A stretch of 59,988 bases of DNA from Gemmatimonadales bacterium (lineage in GTDB: Bacteria; Gemmatimonadota; Gemmatimonadetes; Gemmatimonadales; GWC2-71-9). A program made the translations under genes and the position numbers. Positions 37,151-47,763 of this stretch are shown here, piece after piece. The notes under the pieces are model-generated. The model had not been told where the DNA came from. It saw only the letters and a list, made by a program, of their open reading frames with translations, and did no database searches. Location of the stretch: assembly GCA_037189525.1 (NCBI GenBank), contig JBBCJC010000013.1, positions 1-59,988 of the forward strand, given 5' to 3'. Position 1 is the first letter of the stretch. Every line of letters starts with the position of its first letter.

Positions 37151-37945
37151 TCACCGCAGCGCACCGAGCGGATGGCGCTGCAGAAACTCGACCACGGTTC
37201 GAAACGTCGCATCGTCGAGTTCAGCCACGATTCCATGCCGCCCGCCCGGGATGAGCACGAGCTCGGCGCCGGCAATGGCGTCGGCCATACGCTGGGCGTT
37301 CTCGGGAGGCGTGATCTGATCATCAGCGCCATGCAGAATCAGCGTGGGCCGATCGATCGACGCCAACGCCGCCCAGGCATCGTGGGTCTCACTCGCCTGA
37401 TAGTGCCCTCGCCGCGCAGCTGGCGGTGTGCCCGACACCCGCCACGGCTGACCACCCTCGGCCAGGAACTCCGATGAATAGAAGAGGAGATCGAGCGCCT
37501 CCATGTTGCCGCTCTGCAGGAGCGCCGTCACCCGGCGGTCCCGTGGCACACCGCGCGAATTGCCCGCCGTCGTTGCCGCCAAGACCACTGCACCGACTCG
37601 GTGCGCATGATCGACCGCAAGCCATTGGCACACCCGTCCGCCCATCGAGAAGCCGAACAGATGGGCCTTGGGCGTACCAACCGCATCGAGCACCGCCACC
37701 GCATCTTCCGCAAAGAGGCGCGTCGTATAGGCCGGCGTGTCGGGCTTGTCGCTTGCGCCGGTGCCGCGATGATCGAAGGTGATGACGGTGAAATGAGGCG
37801 TCAGGCGGGGAACCAGCGTGTACCACATCCGATGATCGAGACTCTGCCCGCTGACCAGCAGCAGCGGATCGCCCGCTCCGGCTATCTGATAGGCGATCTT
37901 CGTCCCATCGGCTGAAACCGCGACGCCATCCGGTTCGCGCTTCAC
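37151..37945 (-). CDS. Alpha/beta hydrolase (start uncertain)
   Basis: DHRGTGAS, GFSMGG nucleophile elbow, LHGADD, GGRH. Confidence 0.85.
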   Translation of the reverse strand: MKREPDGVAVSADGTKIAYQIAGAGDPLLLVSGQSLDHRMWYTLVPRLTPHFTVITFDHRGTGASDKPDTPAYTTRLFAEDAVAVLDAVGTPKAHLFGFSMGGRVCQWLAVDHAHRVGAVVLAATTAGNSRGVPRDRRVTALLQSGNMEALDLLFYSSEFLAEGGQPWRVSGTPPAARRGHYQASETHDAWAALASIDRPTLILHGADDQITPPENAQRMADAIAGAELVLIPGGRHGIVAELDDATFRTVVEFLQRHPLGALR

Positions 37946-38116
37946 GATGACTGGTCCGCAAGCGCGGACGCGCGCGATGACCGCCGCTGGTCCATGTCGT
38001 CTCAGGTAAAACGGGGGCGGAAAGCTGCGTCGGGACGCGGCAAAGGGCAAGTTAGGGCCCACACGACAAACGCTGAGGTCGGCCACAGGAACGGACCGAC
38101 CTCAGCAACGCGACAC

Positions 38117-40165
38117 TTATGGAATGGCTGGCGCCGGTCGAGTGTATTTCTGGAACCACTGCTCCCGCAGATTCAGGGTGTGCAGGAAGTTCGACGGCCG
38201 ATTGAAGTAGGCATGCCATTCGTCCTGCAACCGCACCATGGCCGTCGGAACTTTTCGCATCTTGAGCGCCATGTAGTACTCCTCGGTCTGCGGCATCGGG
38301 GTTCGGAGATCGCCCTCGCCCGTGATCAGGAGCGTCGGCGTCTTGACGTTGCCCACATACATGAGCGGCGAGCGGCGGAGATGCTCCGACGGATCTTCCC
38401 ACGGCAGCTTGGCAAAGTTGCGATACCAGCCTGGACCATCGGTCGTCCCCACGAACGAGAGCCAATTGGTCACCGGACACTCCGACGACGCCGCGGTAAA
38501 GCGATCGGTGTGGCCCACGACCCAGGCCGTCAGCACGCCGCCGCCACTGCAGCCGTAGACGAACAATTTGCTGGTGTCGACGTATCCGCGGTTGATCACC
38601 GTATCGACGCCGGCAATCAGGTCGTCGTAGTCCTTACCCGGATAGGCATTCTTGATTGCGTTTCCGAACGCGCTTCCGTAGCCCGAACTACCTCGCGGAT
38701 TGGTATGGAGCACGACGTACCCCATGCCCGTATAGATCTGCCATTCCCACCACATATACGACATCGTACTGGCAAACATCCCGTGCGGACCGCCGTGGAT
38801 CGACAGCATCAGGGGATACTTCTTCGAGGGATCGAAATCCGGCGGCTTGATGACCCATCCCTGGATCTTGAGTCCTTCGACCGAGGGATACCAGATCTCT
38901 TCGACCGTCGCCAGACGCTTGCCCGCCAGCACGTCGCCGTTGAGATCGGTGATTTTGCGCGGCGCCGGGGTGGCGAGATCGAAGACCACGATATCACCGG
39001 GAGAATCGACCGTGTTGAGGATCGCAGCACCCCGGGTGCCGGCTGCGCTGAGCTGGCCCAGGAATACATCCCCCTTGCTCAGCTTGCGGGCTTCCCCTCC
39101 CGATACCGGCGCAAAGAAGAGGTGACTCTGCCCCAGGTCCTGGGCCATGAAGTAAAGTCCGGACCCGTCCGGAGCCCAGGTTACGTTCTCGGGCGATCGA
39201 TCGAGGCTTCGAGCGAGCTGCCGGGGATTGCTGCCATCGATCCCCATGACGTAGAGCTTGTTCGTGATATAGGTATCATCGGTCCAGTCGTAGCCGAGAT
39301 AGGCCACCAACCGGCCATCGGGAGACACCACCGGACCCGAATCGGGACCCTTGCGCCGAGTCAGCTGGCGGATGGCTTTACTGGCGACGTCGACCGCATA
39401 GATCTCCGTCTCCCGCCACTCATACTCAGCCTCGGGAACCCGGAGGCTCGAGAAAAGAATTTCCTTGCCGTCGCGCGACCAGGCCAGTTGGCCGTGGTTC
39501 CAGGGCCCCGTGGTCAGTTGGGTTGGAGTTCCACCCGATGCGGGCACCACGAACACCTGTGCGTAGCCGGCGTCGATGTACCCGGTCCAGTCGGAACGGT
39601 AGTTGAGCCGATCGACGATCTTGGGCGGCGCCGTCCATGTCGCCCCTGTGGGTTTGCCGGGAATCGCGCTGGTCCAGGCCGGCACCTGCCGCACCAGCGC
39701 GGTATACGCAATCCACTGCCCGTCCGGCGACCAGGTCAAGTTGCCGGCGCCGGTCTCGACCCGGGTGATCTGGGTCTCCGCCCCTTCGTCATTCATGTAC
39801 CGGACGAAGATCTGCGCCCCAGCCGGTTCTCCCTGTTTGACGAACGCCAATCGGGTACCGTCCGGCGACCAGGTGTGGCCACCCGCATCGACCAACCATC
39901 GATTTCGGGTGCCGTCGGCGTCGACCAGCCAGATCGACTGCCGCCATCGGTCGGCCATCTTGTCGATCCACCAGCGGGAATAAGCAACGCGTTTGCCATC
40001 CGGAGACAGCTGAGGACTGCCGCCCCGAAAGAAGTCGCGCGGGGCCTCGGCGTTGAGATAATCTTCGTAGGTAATCCGGTCCTGGACGGGGGTCTGCGCG
40101 GTCACCGCGGGCGCGAGCGCCACGAGCGCCAGCAGCGAGGGCGTTAGGCAACGCGAGCAAATCAT
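38117..40165 (-). CDS. Secreted S9 family peptidase (acylaminoacyl-peptidase-like)
   Basis: SPDG propeller repeats, IHGGPH, NPRGSSGYG, GCSGGG, GEGDLRTP, catalytic His. Confidence 0.92.
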   Translation of the reverse strand: MICSRCLTPSLLALVALAPAVTAQTPVQDRITYEDYLNAEAPRDFFRGGSPQLSPDGKRVAYSRWWIDKMADRWRQSIWLVDADGTRNRWLVDAGGHTWSPDGTRLAFVKQGEPAGAQIFVRYMNDEGAETQITRVETGAGNLTWSPDGQWIAYTALVRQVPAWTSAIPGKPTGATWTAPPKIVDRLNYRSDWTGYIDAGYAQVFVVPASGGTPTQLTTGPWNHGQLAWSRDGKEILFSSLRVPEAEYEWRETEIYAVDVASKAIRQLTRRKGPDSGPVVSPDGRLVAYLGYDWTDDTYITNKLYVMGIDGSNPRQLARSLDRSPENVTWAPDGSGLYFMAQDLGQSHLFFAPVSGGEARKLSKGDVFLGQLSAAGTRGAAILNTVDSPGDIVVFDLATPAPRKITDLNGDVLAGKRLATVEEIWYPSVEGLKIQGWVIKPPDFDPSKKYPLMLSIHGGPHGMFASTMSYMWWEWQIYTGMGYVVLHTNPRGSSGYGSAFGNAIKNAYPGKDYDDLIAGVDTVINRGYVDTSKLFVYGCSGGGVLTAWVVGHTDRFTAASSECPVTNWLSFVGTTDGPGWYRNFAKLPWEDPSEHLRRSPLMYVGNVKTPTLLITGEGDLRTPMPQTEEYYMALKMRKVPTAMVRLQDEWHAYFNRPSNFLHTLNLREQWFQKYTRPAPAIP

Positions 40166-40355
40166 GTGATCTCTCCGACGGGACGATCCAGCGGGTTCTG
40201 TTGTCTTGGGGCAGGTCAGTAATCTACCGCGAGTCGCCGGCAATCGCGCAGGGGTTCCCTCCCGAAACCTTGTTGCCCGCCCTGACCTCCCCTATCGTTG
40301 CCCCGGGATCTCGCGTCCCGTTCGCCTTCGAACGACTCTTTGCCGGAGAAGCCGC

Positions 40356-42830
40356 ATGTTTCGCCCATTTTACGCCATCCTGACAGTTCTTGCCCTGACG
40401 GCTGCCTCGACGGGGCTCGAAGCCCAGGACCGCGCGGCGTACGAACGGGCCGATCGAATTCGTACGTTCGACCCCGAACTGGTCGGCGGCCGAGTCTGGC
40501 CGGTATTTCTGACCGACAGCATCCGATTCTATTACGAAGCGTCCGGCAACGGCCCCGATTGGGGCACCCTCTACCTGGTCGACCCGCGCCGCCGCACCCG
40601 CCGGCCGATGTTCGACCACGTAAAGCTCGCCGCCACGCTGTCGACGCTGGCCGACACGACGGTTTCGCCGCACCGGCTCCCACCGCGGAAACTGGTCGAC
40701 GCCGACCGGGTCATGCAGTTCGAACTGCGCGATCGGATCATCCGCTGTACCCTGAGCACGCAGGCCTGCGCGTTAGCCGACTCGGCGCAGCTCGCTACGC
40801 ACCGCCGAACCACGCCACCCTCGTGGGTAAGTCGTTCCCCCGACGGCGAGTGGGACGCGTTTACCTGGAACCACAACGTCTATATTCGTCCCGCCAGCCT
40901 GGCGGCAAACGAGCCACCGCTGCCGCCTCGACGCGGCAAAGTCCCGCGACTGGCGTGCGACGCGTTTGCCTCGCCTGGTGAGGAGTGGATCGCGGATTCG
41001 CTGCCGCTGCCGAGCGGCGCGATTGCGCTCACGACCGACGGCGAACCACAGTACGGCTACGGCCTGTACCGCTTTGGCGGCAGCCTGGCCCAGTACAAGT
41101 CGAATCGCTATCGCCCGGAAAACCCCGGCCTCAGCTGGTCACCGGATTCCCGCCGGCTGATGGTGAAGCGCGATGACCTGCGCGGCTTGCGGATCTTCCC
41201 GCTCTACTCAACCACGAGTATCGTACCGATCGACCACAGTTACTACTACGCGGTGCCGGGCAACTCGCTGATCCCGCGGTTCGACACCTACCTCATCGAC
41301 GTAGTCGAACGCCGGGCCGTACGGATCCAGGAACCGCCGGCTGCGGTGATCGGGTCGTATTCCAGCTCCAAGTGGGGTACTGATCCGAACGAACTCTTCA
41401 AGCTCTCGTCGACCCGCGCCAACAAGTCCGTCAGGGCGTCCGTGGTCGATGTGCGGACCGGCATTGCCAAACTCATCGTCATCGACTCGGCCAAAGCGAC
41501 GTCCCTCGGCATGGGTCCCGACGGCGGCGAGGTCTGGGGCCTGATCGAGGGTGGCAACGAGATCCTCTGGTTCTCGGAGCGCGATGGCTGGGGACATCTC
41601 TATCGGTATCGTAAAGACGGGACGCTGATCAATCAGGTCGAGCGGGGTGACTACACCGTCACCGATATCATCCGTGTCGACGATGCCCGGCGCCAGATCT
41701 ACTTCACCGCGTACGGCAAGGCCGATGGCAATCCGTACTATGCCCATCTGTATCGCATCAATTTCGACGGCAGCGGGATCACCCACCTGACGCCGGAACC
41801 CGGTAATCACAAACTGATCACCGTACCGAAGGCGCCGTTCTTCATCGACACTTACTCGACCATCGAATCACCGCCGGTCACGGTGGTGCGCGCGGCCGAC
41901 GGGTCGATCGTCATGGAGCTGGCGCGCGGCGAAACCACCGAGCTGGAAAAAACGGGGTGGACGCCGTCGCAGGTGGTCACGGTCAAGGCGCGCGACGGCC
42001 AGACCGACCTCTGGGGCATCATGCACCGGCCGAGCAACTTCGATTCGACCAAACGCTACCCCATCATCGTGAACATCTATCCCGGTCCGCAGATCGGCAG
42101 CGTGGGTGCCTGGGACTTCAAAGGCCCCGACGCGCGCGACGGCGTCCGCCATGCGCGGAGGGAGTACGATCGCGTCTGGTCGGTCGACGGGGTGGGCCGT
42201 TCGCTGGCTGAGCTGGGATTCATCGTGATCCAGATCGACGCGATGGGGACGACGAAACGCTCCAAGGCCTTCCACGATTTCTATTACGGTAAGATGGGCG
42301 ACAACGGCCTGCCCGATCACATCGCGGCCGTCCGCCAGCTGGCAGCACAGCATCCGTCGATCGACACCACGCGTGTCGGCGCCTGGGGTCACTCCGGCGG
42401 CAGCTACTCCTCGGCAGCGGCGCTCTTCAAATATCCCGATTTCTTCAAGGTAGGCGTCAGCCAGTCCGGCGACCACGACGTGCGCAGCTATGGCTGGTAC
42501 TGGGGCGAGCGCTACCAGGGTCCCTACGTCAAAACGGCAACGGGCGACAACTACGAGAACGAAGCCAACTACCGCTACGCTCATCAACTCCGCGGTAAGC
42601 TGCTGCTGATGCACGGGGAGATGGACTGCAACGTCCACCCCATCACGACGCTGCGTGTGGTGGATGCGCTGATCAAGGCCGACCGGGAGTTCGACATGTA
42701 TTACGTCCCGGATGCCGGCCATCAGCTCCCGGCGTTCAACATCCGGATGACGTGGAACTACTTCACACGGCACCTGGCCGGTGTGGAGCCGCCTGACTAC
42801 CGGATGCTGCCCATGCCTACGGGCCGGTAG
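40356..42830 (+). CDS. Secreted dipeptidyl-peptidase IV-like S9B peptidase
   Basis: SERDGWGHLY, IYPGPQ, GAWGHSGG, LMHGEMDCNVH, PDAGH. Confidence 0.9.
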   Translation: MFRPFYAILTVLALTAASTGLEAQDRAAYERADRIRTFDPELVGGRVWPVFLTDSIRFYYEASGNGPDWGTLYLVDPRRRTRRPMFDHVKLAATLSTLADTTVSPHRLPPRKLVDADRVMQFELRDRIIRCTLSTQACALADSAQLATHRRTTPPSWVSRSPDGEWDAFTWNHNVYIRPASLAANEPPLPPRRGKVPRLACDAFASPGEEWIADSLPLPSGAIALTTDGEPQYGYGLYRFGGSLAQYKSNRYRPENPGLSWSPDSRRLMVKRDDLRGLRIFPLYSTTSIVPIDHSYYYAVPGNSLIPRFDTYLIDVVERRAVRIQEPPAAVIGSYSSSKWGTDPNELFKLSSTRANKSVRASVVDVRTGIAKLIVIDSAKATSLGMGPDGGEVWGLIEGGNEILWFSERDGWGHLYRYRKDGTLINQVERGDYTVTDIIRVDDARRQIYFTAYGKADGNPYYAHLYRINFDGSGITHLTPEPGNHKLITVPKAPFFIDTYSTIESPPVTVVRAADGSIVMELARGETTELEKTGWTPSQVVTVKARDGQTDLWGIMHRPSNFDSTKRYPIIVNIYPGPQIGSVGAWDFKGPDARDGVRHARREYDRVWSVDGVGRSLAELGFIVIQIDAMGTTKRSKAFHDFYYGKMGDNGLPDHIAAVRQLAAQHPSIDTTRVGAWGHSGGSYSSAAALFKYPDFFKVGVSQSGDHDVRSYGWYWGERYQGPYVKTATGDNYENEANYRYAHQLRGKLLLMHGEMDCNVHPITTLRVVDALIKADREFDMYYVPDAGHQLPAFNIRMTWNYFTRHLAGVEPPDYRMLPMPTGR

Positions 42831-42831
42831 G

Positions 42832-44100
42832 ATGGCTGGCCTGGAGCTGACCGCGGCGCAGCAAGCCCAGCTTGCGGGAGCGGCCGGCCCCGCTGCGGCC
42901 CTGGCCATGCGGCTGGTGGCGCGCATGGGCGAGATCACCGGCGCGACCGGGCTGGTGCCGATCAGCCGCGCACACATCGACGGCTGCCTGTATCACGGCC
43001 CGGCGAGCGTCGATTTCGCCCGGACGCTGGCGGAAGGGGGCGGCAAGGTGACCGTCCCCACCACGCTCAACGTCGGCGCCGTGGATCTGCTCCACCCGGA
43101 GCTGTTCCGCGGCAAAGCCGAGGTGGCGAGCGCCGCGCGAGAAATGATGCGGTACTATCAGGCCATGGGCTGCCGGCAGACCTGGACCTGCGCACCATAT
43201 CAGCTGCGCGATCGCCCGGGGCTCGGTGAGCAGATTGCATGGGCCGAATCGAACGCGATCGTCTTTGCCAACAGCGTGCTCGGCGCCCGCACCGAGCGCT
43301 ACGGCGACTTCATCGACATTTGCGCAGCCATCGTGGGCCACGTCCCGCTGGTCGGTCTCCATACCGACGCCGGCCGTCGGGCTCGCGTGGTGGTTCGGCT
43401 CCGCAACGTGGCGACGCGCCTCCTCGAACGCGACACGACCTTCGCCGCCCTGGGACATCTGCTCGGTTCGCTCGTCGGCGGCAGGATCCCGGTCATCGTC
43501 GGCATCGATGCCGCGACGGAAGACCAGCTCAAAGCACTCGGCGCCGCCTCGGCCTCTTCGGGGGCGGTTGCGATGTTCCATGTCGCGGGAGTGACCCCCG
43601 AAGCGCCGACCGAAGCAGCGGCGCTCGGCGGTACCGCCCCTGAGGCCGTCTTCGAGATCGGACCGAGCGATCTCCGCGACGCCGTTCGCGCCCTGACCTC
43701 GACGACGACCCGTCAACTCGGGGCCGTCAGTGTCGGCACACCGCACTTTTCGCACACCGAGTTCGTCAGGCTGCGTGAGTTGCTGCGCGGGCGACGCATT
43801 GCGTCGGATATCGAATTCTTCGTCTCGACCGGGCGCGACACTCTGGCCCGGATTCGTGACGAAGGCTGGGAGGACGAGTTGCGCAGCACCGGACTCCAGA
43901 TCGTGACCGACACCTGCACCTACATCACCCCAATTCTGTCTGGGCGGCCGGGCGCCGTGATGACCAACTCCGCCAAATGGGCGTGGTACGCTCCGAACAA
44001 TCTCGGCTACGAGGTCGTCTTTGCCAGCCTCGAGGAGTGCGTCGAATCGGCCGTCCTGGGCAGCGTCTGGCGCGATGAGACGGCATGGGAGGAATCATGA
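42832..44100 (+). CDS. Aconitase X catalytic (large) subunit
   Basis: AHIDGCLY, TCAPY, WAESNAIVFANSVLGART, MFHVAGVTPEA, GTPH, DTC, MTNSAK. Confidence 0.9.
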   Translation: MAGLELTAAQQAQLAGAAGPAAALAMRLVARMGEITGATGLVPISRAHIDGCLYHGPASVDFARTLAEGGGKVTVPTTLNVGAVDLLHPELFRGKAEVASAAREMMRYYQAMGCRQTWTCAPYQLRDRPGLGEQIAWAESNAIVFANSVLGARTERYGDFIDICAAIVGHVPLVGLHTDAGRRARVVVRLRNVATRLLERDTTFAALGHLLGSLVGGRIPVIVGIDAATEDQLKALGAASASSGAVAMFHVAGVTPEAPTEAAALGGTAPEAVFEIGPSDLRDAVRALTSTTTRQLGAVSVGTPHFSHTEFVRLRELLRGRRIASDIEFFVSTGRDTLARIRDEGWEDELRSTGLQIVTDTCTYITPILSGRPGAVMTNSAKWAWYAPNNLGYEVVFASLEECVESAVLGSVWRDETAWEES

Positions 44101-44522
44101 TGATCCGAGACGCCGAGATCCTGCTGGCGGGCACGGCGACCGGTTCACTCCTGGTGCTGGACGAGCCGCTTTCGTTCTGGGGCGGTGTGCACGAAGCCAC
44201 TGGCGTCATTACCGACACGCATCACCCGCAACACGGACAGCCGGTGACCGGAGCCATCCTGCTCATGCCCAGCGGGCGGGGGTCGAGCTCGAGTTCGAGT
44301 GTTCTGGCCGAACTGATTCGCGCCGACGTGGGGCCAGCCGCCATCGTGCTCGGATCCCGTGACCCCATCATTGCGCTCGGTGCGCTGGTGGCGGAAGCGC
44401 TGTACCGGAAGGTAGTCCCGATCATCGTCCTGCCGGCCGATACCTACCGTGCGGTATCGGCCCAAACCGGGATGGTGCGGCTCGAGGCCGCCCCGGGCGA
44501 GGTCTCGATCACCCCTGCCTGA
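44097..44522 (+). CDS. Aconitase X swivel (small) subunit (DUF126)
   Basis: PLSFWGGV...HHPQ.G...GRGSSSSS; ATGA overlap with the large subunit gene. Confidence 0.9.
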   Translation: MMIRDAEILLAGTATGSLLVLDEPLSFWGGVHEATGVITDTHHPQHGQPVTGAILLMPSGRGSSSSSSVLAELIRADVGPAAIVLGSRDPIIALGALVAEALYRKVVPIIVLPADTYRAVSAQTGMVRLEAAPGEVSITPA

Positions 44523-44543
44523 GGCAGCCCGAGTACACCGGAA

Positions 44544-45485
44544 CTACTTGGACGCGATCATCCGATCGCTCAGAGTGCGGAGCTTCTCGCGCGCGTCGGC
44601 GTCATACGCTTGCGCGTGCGCCTTGACGGGCTTGAGTTGGTTGAAATAAGTCCCCGACGGCTCCGTCGTCGTCACCGCATTGACTACCGACTCGACACCC
44701 TCGGCAATGGTCGACCGCGGATTCACCTTGAGCGCGAGCGCCATCGTGGTTCCCATGGTCGTGGCCGGATGCAGCGAGTACGTCAGAACACCCTGACGCT
44801 CGAGATCGGGAGCCATATCGATGGTCATCATGACCTGGGCCAGCTTGCTCTGCGCATAGCCGCGTCCCCCGTTGTACCCCTTCGCCATCATCACGTCATC
44901 GAAATCGATGGCCGTCTGCGACCCGGACGACACGTTGATGATGCGTGAAGGCGCGCTCGCGACGACCAACGGGATCAGCTCCTTGGTCAGGAGATAGTGC
45001 GCCAGGTAGTTCACCGCGAAGTGCATCTCATGCCCCTCGGCGCTGAACTTCCTGGTGCTGTCGAAAATGAAGCCGACGCCGGCATTGTTGATCAGCAGGT
45101 CGAGGCGCTTGTTGTCCCGGCGAACCGAGGCAGCGAGTCGGCGGGTTTCGTCGAGCGACGCGAGATCGGCCCGATAGAACTTGGCACTTCCCCGTCCGCT
45201 CTTCTGGATCTCGTCGACCAGTTCTTTACCGCGCTGTTCGCTCCGCCCGGTGACGAGAACGTGCGCGCCCGCTGCCGCCAGCCGCCGGGCAACGTCTCGG
45301 CCGAGACCGTCGGTCGACCCGGTGACCAACGCCACTTTGCCGGTGAGGTCGGGTAGCGGTGGCGCCTTCGGGAAGTCCGTTCTGGGCTGCGGCGCGGCCT
45401 GGGCATGCAACGAGGACGCCGCGAGCAGCAGAACGACGGGCACCGCCCGGAGCAACGCGACGAGGGAACGAGAAGAGAGGTTCAT
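44544..45485 (-). CDS. Short-chain dehydrogenase/reductase with signal-like N-terminus
   Basis: TGSTDGLG, NNAG, YAQSK. Confidence 0.9.
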   Translation of the reverse strand: MNLSSRSLVALLRAVPVVLLLAASSLHAQAAPQPRTDFPKAPPLPDLTGKVALVTGSTDGLGRDVARRLAAAGAHVLVTGRSEQRGKELVDEIQKSGRGSAKFYRADLASLDETRRLAASVRRDNKRLDLLINNAGVGFIFDSTRKFSAEGHEMHFAVNYLAHYLLTKELIPLVVASAPSRIINVSSGSQTAIDFDDVMMAKGYNGGRGYAQSKLAQVMMTIDMAPDLERQGVLTYSLHPATTMGTTMALALKVNPRSTIAEGVESVVNAVTTTEPSGTYFNQLKPVKAHAQAYDADAREKLRTLSDRMIASK

Positions 45486-45736
45486 GGCGACTCGATGATG
45501 ATGGTGTAATTCGACCAACTCCCTGCTTCAATACGGCGAGTGCCCCCAGGATGTTACCGATCGGCAGCGCCGGATTCCCGACCGAACCCCGCCGGGAATT
45601 GCGACCATGCAGCCGGGGTCGACCGGGCCGTTCGGGCGCCGGAAATCCCCCACGGCACTGCCCCCAGGCGACTCGTGCGCTCCAACGCTGGCCGGGTATC
45701 TTATGGACACATCCCACCCGTATCCGAGGCTGCCCG

Positions 45737-46897
45737 ATGACCGCGTCCCGACGCGACTTCCTTCGCACCACCGCCGTAGTTGGTACCGGGCTCGCGCTCG
45801 GCCCGACCCAGGCACGGCTCCAGGCCACTCCAAATCCGTCGCTTCGACCGGCCACGGATCGGATCGGCGCTCCCAAAAAGCTCCTGATCCTGGGCGGCAC
45901 CGGGTTCATCGGACCGCACATGGTGCAGTACGCTCTCGAGCGCGGCCATCAGATCACCATCCTGACCCGGGGCCGGAGCCAGGCCAAGGTGACCGGTGTC
46001 GAACATCTGATCGGCGACCGCGAGGGCGACCTGAGCGTGCTGAGCAAGCGGAAGTGGGATGCGGTGCTCGACAACAATGCCCGCGATTATCGCTGGGTTG
46101 CTCGCAGCGTCAAAGCGCTCGAGGATTCCACCGATCACTACCTGTTCGTCTCGTCGATCTCGGCGTATCGCACCAATACGATGAGCTACACCACGGCCGG
46201 GACCGTGCTGAGCAAGCCGGCCGTCGACGAGGACTCCGAACGATTCGCGCCGCCTCCCAACTGGAAAGACGGCGAGACGGTTCCGTACGGATTGTCCAAG
46301 GCCATCGCCGAGAATCTGACACATGCGGCGTTTCCGGGGCGAACCACGGTGGTACGCCCGGGGCTGATCGTCGGCCCGACCGATCCGACGGACCGGTTTA
46401 CCTACTGGCCGGTCCGGATCGATGAAGGGGGCGAAGTCCTGGCCCCCGGCAATCCGAACCATTCTTCTCAGGTCATCGATCAGCGCGATTTGACGGAGTG
46501 GATCGTTCGCCTGGTCGAAGCGCGCACCCTGGGCGATTTCAACGCGACCGGACCGGGCACTCGGCTCTCCGTCGGCGAACTGCTGGCTGCGTGCCGCGCC
46601 GTTACCGCCACGCCGGTCGAACTCACCTGGGTGCCCGAAACCTTCCTGGCCGAGCAGAAGGCGGCAATCTGGAGCGATATCCCGGCGTGGTCGCCAGGGG
46701 ATCCTCTGTCCTATGTCAGTGTGCAGCGAGCGGTCGACGCCGGCCTGACCTTCCGACCGCTGGCCGTCACCGCACTGGACACCCTCGTGTGGGATAAGTC
46801 CAGACCTGAGGCCGAGCGCGCTAAACGAGCGGCCGGACTGACCCGGGCGCGCGAAAAGGAAATCCTGGCGGCGTGGCATGCACGCCAGCCGCGCTGA
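45737..46897 (+). CDS. Tat-signal NAD-dependent epimerase/dehydratase family protein
   Basis: SRRDFL; LILGGTGFIG; YGLSK; RPGLIVGP.D.TDRFTYWP. Confidence 0.88.
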   Translation: MTASRRDFLRTTAVVGTGLALGPTQARLQATPNPSLRPATDRIGAPKKLLILGGTGFIGPHMVQYALERGHQITILTRGRSQAKVTGVEHLIGDREGDLSVLSKRKWDAVLDNNARDYRWVARSVKALEDSTDHYLFVSSISAYRTNTMSYTTAGTVLSKPAVDEDSERFAPPPNWKDGETVPYGLSKAIAENLTHAAFPGRTTVVRPGLIVGPTDPTDRFTYWPVRIDEGGEVLAPGNPNHSSQVIDQRDLTEWIVRLVEARTLGDFNATGPGTRLSVGELLAACRAVTATPVELTWVPETFLAEQKAAIWSDIPAWSPGDPLSYVSVQRAVDAGLTFRPLAVTALDTLVWDKSRPEAERAKRAAGLTRAREKEILAAWHARQPR

Positions 46898-46924
46898 ACC
46901 TGAACTCTGCCGGAACCGACCGTC

Positions 46925-47701
46925 ATGAAGAATATCGGCACCAAGCGACTGATCGCCTACCGATTGACCGACGAGGCCCCCGAGATCAGGCCCGGCGGTG
47001 TCCGTCGTCAGTGGATGGACGACTCACCGCACCGGTTTGCCTACCGCTGCCTTCCGCTCACCATCGCGAACTCGTTCGGATGGGAGTTGTTGTCGCCCGT
47101 CACCTTCGAAGCGACCTGGAACGGCGGCACCCGCACCGAGGACGCCACCGTCAACATCCTCGAAGGGCCCTCCGACGCGGTCATCAGCCATTTCGGCGTC
47201 GGCGTCCTGACCTTCCACACGGGTTACCTCTTCCGAACGGAAGCCGGCATCTCCCTGATGGCGATGGGCCCGCCTAACGATCCGAAAGACGGGATCTCCG
47301 CCCTGGCCGGCGTGGTCGAAACCTCCTGGGCGCCCTACCCCTTCACCATGAACTGGCGCTTTACCCGCCCGGGCGCCACGGTCCGATTCGAAAAGGGCGA
47401 GCCGTTCTGTTTCATCGTTCCCGTTTCGATCGGGATGCTCGAGGGAACCCGCCCGGAACTTTCGACGCTGGCGGCCGATCCGCGCACCAAGGCCAAGTAC
47501 GACGAATGGGTCGCATCGCGTGCCACCTTCATCGACGACCTGAAGGTGGAGGGCAGCGAAGCGCGCGCAGAAAAATGGCAGAAGCGCTACCATCGCGGCC
47601 TCGAGCCCGATGGAGCCAAAACCCCTTACGACCATCGCTCGGCGTTGACGGTCCGCGAGTTTGCTCCGCCAGGCGGCAACGACGGCAAGCGCCGGAAATA
47701 G
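46925..47701 (+). CDS. DUF6065-like protein
   Basis: RFAYRCLPLTIANSFGWE, SHFGVGVLTFH, GPPNDPKDGI, PFTMNWRFTRPG. Confidence 0.75.
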   Translation: MKNIGTKRLIAYRLTDEAPEIRPGGVRRQWMDDSPHRFAYRCLPLTIANSFGWELLSPVTFEATWNGGTRTEDATVNILEGPSDAVISHFGVGVLTFHTGYLFRTEAGISLMAMGPPNDPKDGISALAGVVETSWAPYPFTMNWRFTRPGATVRFEKGEPFCFIVPVSIGMLEGTRPELSTLAADPRTKAKYDEWVASRATFIDDLKVEGSEARAEKWQKRYHRGLEPDGAKTPYDHRSALTVREFAPPGGNDGKRRK

Positions 47702-47763
47702 TCCGAACCGGTCAGCACGCTTGGCGCGCTGGCCGGTTTCCTCTACCTATCCTATTCTGGTGA

